NCBI GenBank assembly: GCA_040901985.1
Contig: JBBDYC010000019.1
Location: 79,770 to 143,769 of the forward strand
Length of the DNA: 64,000 bases
Origin: Gemmatimonadaceae bacterium
GTDB taxonomy: Bacteria > Gemmatimonadota > Gemmatimonadetes > Gemmatimonadales > Gemmatimonadaceae
Reading direction: 5' to 3'
A program made the position numbers and the translations under genes. The notes beneath the pieces were generated by a model. That model ran no database searches and was not told where the DNA came from. It saw only the letters and a program-made list of their open reading frames with translations. Of this stretch, positions 56,152-64,000 are shown one piece after another. The first letter of the stretch is position 1. Each line of letters starts with the position of its first letter.

Positions 56152-57703
56152 GCGACGCGCTCTCGCTCGCCGTCTGGTCCTCCGCCCTCTCGATGATTGC
56201 CGAGGAGATGGGAGGCGTGCTGGTGCGCGGCGCGCTCTCGCCCAATATCCGCGAGCGGCGCGACGCCTCGTGCGCCCTCTTCGACGCCGAGGGCCGGATG
56301 ATCGCGCAGGCGGCGCACATCCCGGTGCACCTCGGCGCGCTCCCCGAGGCCGTGCGCGCGGTGCGTCGGCGCGACCCGCGGCCGGGCGATCTCTTCCTGC
56401 TCAACAGTCCCTGGGATGGCGGGTCGCACCTCCCCGACCTCACGATGATCGAGGCGATCGCCGACGGCGGGAGGCTGGCGGGCTACGCGGTGGTCCGCGC
56501 GCACCACGCCGACGTCGGCGGGATGAGTCCCGGCTCGATGCCGCAGGGTGTCACCGAGCTCGTGCAGGAAGGGCTGATCCTGCCGCCGGTGCGCCTGGAA
56601 CGCGAGGGCGTGCCCGATGCCGACCTCCTGGCGCTCGTGCTGGCGAACGTGCGCACCCCCGACGAGCGGCGGGGTGACCTGGCGGCCCAGCGCGCGGCCT
56701 GCGCGGCCGGCGCCGCCGGATGGCGCGCCCTGCTCGCGCGGGAGGGGCGCGCGCGCGTGGACGCCGCCGCCACGGCGCTCCTGGACTACGCCGAGCGCCG
56801 GGCCGCGACGCGCCTGACCGAGCTGGGCGCCGTGACCGGCGTTGCCGAGGATGCCCTCGAGGGCGACGGCGTGAGCGACGCGCCGGTGCCGCTCCGCGTG
56901 GCGCTTGCGGTGCGCGACGGCGCGTTGCATCTCGACTTCGCCGGCACCGCCCCGATGGTGCGCGGCAACGTGAACTGCCCGGTCCAGGTCACACGCGCCG
57001 CCGCGCTCTTCGTCCTCCGTTCACTCCTCAGCGACGACGTCCCGACCAACGACGGCGTCGCCCGGGTGATCCGGATCGTCACGCCGGACGACTGTTGCCT
57101 CGCCGCGCGGGCGCCCGCCGCCGTCGCGGCCGGAAACGTCGAGATGAGCCAGCGCATCACCGATCTCCTCTTCGCCGCCTTCGCGGCCGCCGGCGTGGCG
57201 GTCCCGGCCCAGGGGCAGGGGACGATGAACAACGTGACCTTCGGCGGAGCGGGGTGGACCTTCTATGAGACGCTCGGCGGCGGCCAGGGGGCGAGCGCGG
57301 CGGGCCCGGGGCCCGACGCCGTCCACGTCGGGATGAGCAACACGCGTAACACGCCGATCGAGTCGCTCGAGCGTGCCTACCCAATCGTCGTCGAGGCCTA
57401 TGCGATCCGGCGCGGATCGGGCGGGGCAGGACGCCACGCGGGCGGCAACGGGGTCGTGAGACGCTACCGGGTGCTCGAGCCCTGTACCGTCACCCTGCTC
57501 ACCGAACGGCGCCGGCGGGCCCCCCAAGGCGCCGCCGGGGGCGCCCCCCCCCCCCCCCCCCCGGGGGCGCCCCCGGCGCGACCGGCGAGAACCTGCTGAA
57601 CGGCGAACCCCTGCCGGCCAAGTGTCACCGCGAGTTGCGGGCCGGCGATGTGCTCGAGATCCGCACGCCCGGCGGCGGCGGCTGGGGCGCACCCGCCGCC
57701 TGA
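56148..57703 (+). pseudogene. Hydantoinase/5-oxoprolinase subunit B, frameshifted by a 26-nt duplication/poly-C insert (probably an artefact)
   Basis: SPNIRERRDASCA, HIPVHLG, GGSHLPD, HHADVGG, QGTMNN, YETLGGG; the conserved tail GENLLNG...[15 protein letters not shown] lies in another frame after 57562. Confidence 0.85.
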
Positions 57704-57713
57704 CGCGCGCCGG

Positions 57714-59702
57714 TCAGGGCTGCGTGGGGGTCGCCGACGTGAGCCGCCGCTTCGTCCCCTCGCTCGGCGTCACGCGCGAGAACACCTTGGCGTCAATGAA
57801 GGTCTGGAGCAGCGTCTGGTCGATCAACCCACCCTTGGCCTCGGCCTGCAGGATGTCGAGCGCGCGGTCGTTGGACACGGCGCGCTTGTACGGCCGGTCG
57901 GTCGCGGTCAGCGCGTCGTAGATGTCGGAGATCGTCATCATCCGCGTCTGGATCGGGATCTCCGCCGCCGGGACGCCGCGCGGGTAGCCCGTGCCGTCGA
58001 GCTTCTCGTGATGGCCGAAGGCGATGGACGGGATGCCCCGCAATTCGCGCGTCCACGGGATCTCGTCGAGAAAGCGATACGTGTGCGTGACGTGCGACTC
58101 GATCTCCCGCCGCTCGCGGGCGTCGAGGTTCCCCTTGTTGATCATCAGGAAGCGCAGCTCGTCCTCCGAGAGGAGCGCACGCACCACCCCGTCGAAGTCC
58201 GTGTAGGTCTGCTGGTTGATCACCGTGAGCTCGTCAAACGTCCCCTCGGGGAGGATCGTCGGCTCGTTGGCGCGGACGATCGCGTCGAGCCAACGCATCA
58301 GCTCGTCGCGCCGTACGCGCCGCAGCTCATCGAGTCGCGCCACCGTCTCGCCGTAGTCACGCGGCCCGTGCGAGGCGAGGTGCTCGGCGCGTTCGCGCTC
58401 AAACTCAAGGTCCGCCTGCTGCAGCAGGTAATGGAACCGGTGGCGGACGATCGTCAGGTCGTGATGGTAGAGCTTCTTCTGCTTGACCAGCACCTGTTCG
58501 CGCACGCCGACCTTCCCGAAGTCGTGGAGCAGCCCCGCGTAGCGCAACTCCCGGAGCTGCTCGCGCGTGAACGTCACGTCGCCGTACGGTCCGGCGCGGT
58601 AGCCATCCACCGCCTCGGCGAGGCCCGTGGTGAGCGTCGCCACCCGGAACGAATGGCCCGAGGTGGTGGGGTCGCGCGACTCGATCGCGGTGACGGCCGC
58701 GGTGACGAATCCCTCGAAGAGGCGCTCGATGTCCTCGTGGAGGCGGCTGTTCTCGATCGCCACCGCGGCCTGGGCGGCGAGTGCCGCCACCAAGTCGGCC
58801 GAGCGCTGGTCGAACGGCAGGACCTGCGCGTCCACCACCGCCGACGAGGTCAGCTGGACCTCCGGGTTGCGCTTGCGGTTGATCAGCTGGACGACGCCGA
58901 TCACCTCGTCGCGCAGGGTGTGCATCGGGAACACGAGCACGGACTTCGTGCGATACCCGAACTTGTCGTCAAACGACCGGTTCTGCCGGTACGACACGTT
59001 CTCCGGCAGGAGGTAGACGTCGGCGATCGTCAGCGGCTCGCCGGTCGCCGCGACGTGCCCCGCGAGACTGGTGTGGTCAATCGGGATGGTGTACTCGCTG
59101 AACGGCAGGTCGGGGAGGGTCGCGTTCTGCGAGAGCTTGAAGCGGAGCGCCGTGGCATTGCCCTCCTCGTCGTCGCGCTCGGCGAGGTAGAGCGAGCCGG
59201 CGTCGGCGCCCGAGAGCCGCCGCGCCTGCGTCAGGATCATCCCCAGCAGCGTGTCGAGGTCGCGTTCCGTGCCGAGCGCGGCGCCCACCCGCGAGAGTTC
59301 CCGGAGGTCGTCTGCCGAGGAGCGTTCGAGGCGGTTGGCGCGGTCCGCCGCGAGCAACGCCGAGGCGTGGCGGAGGGCGCCGTGGAGCGCCGCTCGGCCT
59401 TGGCCCGGCGTCGCCGTCGCGGGGAGCCACGAGGTGAGCCCCGCCTCGCGAAGCACGTCCGACGGCTCGAGCTGTCCGGCGTCGCCGACGCCGATCAGCG
59501 CCGTACACTCGGCCAGCGCCGCCAGCTCCCCGGACGGCGCCGCCAGCGCGTCGTCCACCACGATCACCGTCAGGCGCTCCCGGTCAATGGACGCCGCGGC
59601 GGGAAGACTCGCGATGCGGCGCACCTCGAGCGTGCCTCCCGCACCGAGCGTGGGGAAGGCGGTGAGGGTGCGGCCTTCAGGGACGAGAACGAGTGGCTGC
59701 AC
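57714..59702 (-). CDS. GAF + HD-GYP cyclic-nucleotide phosphodiesterase
   Basis: GAF (SLAGHVAATG, GYRTKSVL..PM, VIGVVQLINRK); RDPTTSGHS, LHDFGKVG, HHEKLDGTGYP, DIYDALT..RPYK. Confidence 0.9.
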   Translation of the reverse strand: MQPLVLVPEGRTLTAFPTLGAGGTLEVRRIASLPAAASIDRERLTVIVVDDALAAPSGELAALAECTALIGVGDAGQLEPSDVLREAGLTSWLPATATPGQGRAALHGALRHASALLAADRANRLERSSADDLRELSRVGAALGTERDLDTLLGMILTQARRLSGADAGSLYLAERDDEEGNATALRFKLSQNATLPDLPFSEYTIPIDHTSLAGHVAATGEPLTIADVYLLPENVSYRQNRSFDDKFGYRTKSVLVFPMHTLRDEVIGVVQLINRKRNPEVQLTSSAVVDAQVLPFDQRSADLVAALAAQAAVAIENSRLHEDIERLFEGFVTAAVTAIESRDPTTSGHSFRVATLTTGLAEAVDGYRAGPYGDVTFTREQLRELRYAGLLHDFGKVGVREQVLVKQKKLYHHDLTIVRHRFHYLLQQADLEFERERAEHLASHGPRDYGETVARLDELRRVRRDELMRWLDAIVRANEPTILPEGTFDELTVINQQTYTDFDGVVRALLSEDELRFLMINKGNLDARERREIESHVTHTYRFLDEIPWTRELRGIPSIAFGHHEKLDGTGYPRGVPAAEIPIQTRMMTISDIYDALTATDRPYKRAVSNDRALDILQAEAKGGLIDQTLLQTFIDAKVFSRVTPSEGTKRRLTSATPTQP

Positions 59703-59719
59703 GGGAGGGGGATGAGGAA

Positions 59720-59754
59720 ACCGCCGACACCCCTTGGTTCAGGGCGTCGGCGGC
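59720..59754 (-). terminator. Intrinsic-terminator-like hairpin between csgG-like gene and HD-GYP gene
   Basis: Minus strand GCCGCCGACGCCC-TGAACCAAG-GGGTGTCGGCGGT followed by TTCC. Confidence 0.55.
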
Positions 59755-59796
59755 TCCAAGGTTATCGCGGGGGTGCGGCGCCCCGCCAGTGACCGC

Positions 59797-60510
59797 TCAG
59801 CCGCCGGCTTCGAGTTTGGCCTTCGCCGTCTTCGCGTCCTCGAAGTCCGGGAAGCGCGCGATGGTCTGATTGAAGAGCGAGATCGCCTCCTGGCGGTTCC
59901 CGGCGTCCTGGGCGCTGATCGCGCGCGAGTACATCATCACGGCCTGGAACGGAACGCGCTGTTGCCGCTCCGCGCGCGCCTCGCTCGACTGCCGCGCCTG
60001 CGGCGTCAGGTCGGGGAGCTTGAGTCCGCGATTCGCCGCGGCGGCGACCTTCGCGACCAGCGCGAGGAAGTTGTCTGTCTTGTCCCGATCCATATGTGTC
60101 CACTCGATCCGCGACGTCTCGACGTCAATGGACTTGAGCGTCAGCACCATCGTGCCGGAGCGGTCGGTGATGAACGACCCGGTCACCATATGCTTCGCGC
60201 CGAGGAGGCGACCGATCCGCGCCGCCGTGGCGTCGTCCACCCGACCGTCGCGGGCCAGGTTCTGCTCCTCAAGGAGACGCTGGATGTTCTCCCGCTCCAC
60301 CACGCGGATCGCCGGATTCTGCGCCAGCTCGGTGAGCAGGAGGTCCGCGATCCCCTTGGAGAGCGGGGCCAATTCGTCGGTCGCGGTGCCGATCGCGCTG
60401 TTCACGAACGGCAGCACGGCCACCGTGGGCCGCAGGTCCGCCTGCTGTGCCGCGGCCGAGGCCGAGAGCAGCGACAGGACAGCGGTGGCTCGAGCGATCT
60501 GCTTCAGCAT
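59797..60510 (-). CDS. Secreted CsgG/HfaB (TolB-N-like) domain protein with C-terminal TPR-like helices
   Basis: Signal peptide; TVAVLPF, VVERE.I..LLEEQ, GRVD..TAARIGRLLGA..MVTGS; GGAGGA SD. Confidence 0.8.
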   Translation of the reverse strand: MLKQIARATAVLSLLSASAAAQQADLRPTVAVLPFVNSAIGTATDELAPLSKGIADLLLTELAQNPAIRVVERENIQRLLEEQNLARDGRVDDATAARIGRLLGAKHMVTGSFITDRSGTMVLTLKSIDVETSRIEWTHMDRDKTDNFLALVAKVAAAANRGLKLPDLTPQARQSSEARAERQQRVPFQAVMMYSRAISAQDAGNRQEAISLFNQTIARFPDFEDAKTAKAKLEAGG

Positions 60511-60527
60511 CACGTCCTCCGGAGAGG

Positions 60528-61403
60528 TTAGAGAGTCAGGGCCATGCCTTCCGCCGCGGCGATCACCTGCACCTTCCCGCCGCGGTCCTTCACCTGCGCC
60601 CGGCACTGGGCCAGGCAGGTCTCCAACTGGTCGTCCGTCCGCCGCGGCTCGTGGTGAAACAACACCAGCGTCCGCACCTCAGCGTCCAGCGCCAGCTCCA
60701 CCGCGTCGGCGTACGTCGAATGCCCCCACCCGCGATGATGATCGTACTCCTCGGTCGTGTACGTGGCGTCGTGGATCAGGACCGATGCCCCCCGCACGAA
60801 CCCCACCATATTCGCCCGCCAGTCGGCGGCCGAGCCGTACCGGTCGTGTGGTGCCAGCTCATTGTCCGACACGTACACCAACGCCCCGTCACTCGCGCCC
60901 GGATGGATGAACCGATAGCCCAGCGCGCCCCCCGGATGCTGCACGGCGAACGCCGTCACCTCGTAACCCGTCCCCTCACACCGGGTCCCCACCGCCAGAT
61001 CCCGGAAGTCAATCGTCGATTCGAGCTGCTCGAACGTCACCGGAAAGACCACCGGCGACATCTGGTCCCGCACCACCTTGCCAACGCTCTGTTCAAGCGA
61101 CTCCGACCCCCAGATGGTGAAGTGGTTCCCCTTGCCGAAGATCGGCGCGAAGAACGGGATCCCCTGGATGTGGTCCCAGTGCGCGTGCGTCAGGAAGATG
61201 TCTCCCCGGATCGGCGCGCCATTCGACCGCTCCAGCAGCGTCCGCCCCAGCTCGCGAATCCCCGTCCCGGCGTCCAGGATGATCAACCACCCGGCCTCGG
61301 TCCGCAGTTCCACGCACGGGGTGTTCCCGCCGTACCGCACCGTCTGCGCACCCGGCGTCGGGATGGACCCCCGCGTTCCCCAGAAGCGAACCCGCCAGGT
61401 CAT
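60528..61403 (-). CDS. Metallo-beta-lactamase-fold hydrolase (RNase Z/PDE-like)
   Basis: RFWGTRGSIPTPG, YGGNTPCV, LDAGTG, THAHWDHIQG, HPGG..GYR, SDNE, GWGHST, LFHHEP. Confidence 0.9.
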   Translation of the reverse strand: MTWRVRFWGTRGSIPTPGAQTVRYGGNTPCVELRTEAGWLIILDAGTGIRELGRTLLERSNGAPIRGDIFLTHAHWDHIQGIPFFAPIFGKGNHFTIWGSESLEQSVGKVVRDQMSPVVFPVTFEQLESTIDFRDLAVGTRCEGTGYEVTAFAVQHPGGALGYRFIHPGASDGALVYVSDNELAPHDRYGSAADWRANMVGFVRGASVLIHDATYTTEEYDHHRGWGHSTYADAVELALDAEVRTLVLFHHEPRRTDDQLETCLAQCRAQVKDRGGKVQVIAAAEGMALTL

Positions 61404-61487
61404 CGCGGCACCGAATGCACGCTGTAACTTGGCGTCCGGGGATGGCGGCGGCAAAGGCGAGGCATCACGGGGTCCTGGTGATGACGG

Positions 61488-62162
61488 TCACAGGCGCTGC
61501 TGGGACCGCTTTTCGAGCGCCGGGCGGTCGGTCACCCGGATCCGCCGCCGCTCGGTGGTGATCCAGCCGGACTCGACGAATTCCCGCATCGCTCGCGACA
61601 CCGTCTCCCGACTGGCCCCGATCACGTGGGCGATCGTCTGGTGCGTCAGCGCTGCCTCGATCACGTCGGACCCAGCCTCCGCCGCCGCATCGAGGATGAG
61701 ACGCGCAATGCGTCCGGGCACGTCGAGGAGCACCAGCGAGCCGATCTTCTCATCGGCCCGGCGCAGGCGGAGCGAGAGGTCGATCAGCAGCGCCCACGCC
61801 ACCGCCGGATTCTGCTCCACCCGCTTCCGAAAGTCGTCCCGCCGCAGCACCAGCAGGGTGCTGTCCTCCATCGCCACGACGTGCGCCGAGCGGGGCTGGT
61901 CGTCAATCAGCGCCAACTCGCCGAAATACTCGCCGACGCCGAGAATCCCAAGAATCACCTCCCGCCCGTCCTCGGCCACCAGCACGACCTTCACGCGCCC
62001 CTCGCGGACGACGAAGAGCGAGTCGCCGGGGTCGTCCTCGAAGAGGATCACGCTGCCCTTCGGGTAGGTCTTCTCGCGCGCCAGCAGGGAGAACGCCGCA
62101 ACCTCGTTGGGGGCGAGCGACTTGAAGAGCGGAACAGTGGAGAGGAAGTCGGCGGTGCTCAT
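61488..62162 (-). CDS. Crp/Fnr family cNMP-binding transcription regulator
   Basis: [12 protein letters not shown] (phosphate-binding cassette); [19 protein letters not shown]. Confidence 0.93.
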   Translation of the reverse strand: MSTADFLSTVPLFKSLAPNEVAAFSLLAREKTYPKGSVILFEDDPGDSLFVVREGRVKVVLVAEDGREVILGILGVGEYFGELALIDDQPRSAHVVAMEDSTLLVLRRDDFRKRVEQNPAVAWALLIDLSLRLRRADEKIGSLVLLDVPGRIARLILDAAAEAGSDVIEAALTHQTIAHVIGASRETVSRAMREFVESGWITTERRRIRVTDRPALEKRSQQRL

Positions 62163-62261
62163 CGGGCGCGGAGGGAGTTCGGCGGATTGTCGGACGCAGG
62201 GGACCCGGCGCGAAGGTATCCTCCCACGTGGGGGCTGTCAAACGTTCAAGGTGTTGTCACC

Positions 62262-62291
62262 TTGCGTTTTACCTCCTGTTCCCGGTATCTT
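62262..62291 (+). promoter_or_regulatory. Putative sigma70 promoter of rpmE-prfA-prmC (TTGCGT-N18-TATCTT)
   Basis: Lies in the locally AT-enriched divergent intergenic region. Confidence 0.45.
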
Positions 62292-62326
62292 TCCCCGTTC
62301 GCTCCGAATCCGTTTCCGAGGCACCA

Positions 62327-62532
62327 ATGAAGGCCGATATCCATCCGACGTACGCGACCGCCACCGTGACCTGCGCCTGCGGGAACACCTTCCTCACGCG
62401 CTCCACGCACGCCGAGTTGCACACCGACATCTGCGCCGCCTGCCATCCGTTCTTCACCGGCAAGCAGAAGCTCATTGACACCGCCGGCCGTGTGGAGCGG
62501 TTCCGCCAGAAGTACGGGACCAAGGCCAGCGC

Positions 62533-62536
<4 letters not shown>
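62327..62536 (+). CDS. rpmE: 50S ribosomal protein L31 (Zn-binding type)
   Basis: [35 protein letters not shown]. Confidence 0.97.
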
Positions 62537-63609
<1,073 letters not shown>

Positions 63610-63631
63610 GCGTCGCGGCGATGGGACGTGC

Positions 63632-64000
63632 ATGACCGCACTCACAATTGGCGCACTGCTCGACGAGCTCGCGGCGTCCCTCGTCGGCCCCGGCGTGCCG
63701 CCGGCCCGCGCCGCCGCGCGCGACGTCATTGCCGGCGTGCTCGACCGGCCGCGTTTCTGGCCGTCGGCACACCGCGACGATCCGCTTGACGCGGCGACGC
63801 TCGCGGCGATCCGCGGCGCCGCCGCTCGACTCGGCGAGGGTATGCCAATCCAGTACGCCATCGGTCGCGCGACCTTCCGCCACCTCACGCTGGCGGTGGA
63901 CCGGCGCGTGCTGATTCCCCGGCCCGAGACCGAACTCCTGGTGGACCTCGTGCTCGCCGCGCAGCGCGGCGGGAGTGGGACGGTGGTGGACGTCGGTACC
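63632..64000 (+). CDS. prmC: Release factor glutamine methyltransferase, 3'-truncated by window edge
   Basis: Manual translation: GMPIQYAIG...VDRRVLIPRPETELLV...VVDVGT; follows prfA. Confidence 0.93.
   Translation, partial: MTALTIGALLDELAASLVGPGVPPARAAARDVIAGVLDRPRFWPSAHRDDPLDAATLAAIRGAAARLGEGMPIQYAIGRATFRHLTLAVDRRVLIPRPETELLVDLVLAAQRGGSGTVVDVGT

Noticed and set aside
59703..59796. c-di-GMP-I/II riboswitch upstream of HD-GYP
   Set aside because: No recognisable GNRA tetraloop/receptor or conserved core; kept only as a possible attenuator
60528..62162. MBL + Crp as a Pycsar/CBASS-type defence system
   Set aside because: No cyclase or toxic effector nearby; the location beside rpmE-prfA suggests core signalling

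Overview
High-GC (roughly 70%+ by eye), gene-dense bacterial chromosomal segment with about 54 CDSs. I saw no rRNA, tRNA, CRISPR array, transposase, integrase or phage gene. Gene content and style suggest Gemmatimonadota (inference only). Left to right: a partial amidase; an ~11.5 kb minus-strand run (frameshifted bshB1, kynA, kynB, an S9 peptidase fused to DUF305, an LVIVD-repeat protein, an NlpE/META lipoprotein, DUF1801, an endostatin-like protein, a PP2C phosphatase, a Ser/Thr kinase); GNAT, M28 peptidase and DEAD-box helicase; a TolC-MFP-ATPase exporter with four MacB-type permeases arranged as two A/B pairs; a giant NtrY-like sensor kinase, a pseudokinase-kinase tandem and a CHASE3-PAS hybrid kinase; a TonB receptor, SET-domain protein, esterase, cyclophilin, comM/yifB, D-aminoacylase, orphan larE, an NtrX-like regulator, ALDH, lepB, a sigma70 factor, yajQ, rimO, SpoIID/LytB, a Gfo/Idh/MocA oxidoreductase, an Lnb-like DUF4105 protein and hydantoinase/oxoprolinase A/B (B broken at a poly-C duplication); a Crp-MBL-CsgG/TPR-GAF/HD-GYP cyclic-nucleotide cluster; and rpmE-prfA-prmC. 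The best candidates for undescribed biology are the S9D-DUF305 fusion with its LVIVD/NlpE neighbours, the JAK-like pseudokinase-kinase and the cNMP cluster. Two window-wide signals also stand out: an apparent leaderless promoter architecture (YAGNTT/TATAAT 6-9 nt before start codons) and codon-level avoidance of RTCGAY (and more weakly CATG). All calls come from motif recognition by eye; no searches were run.
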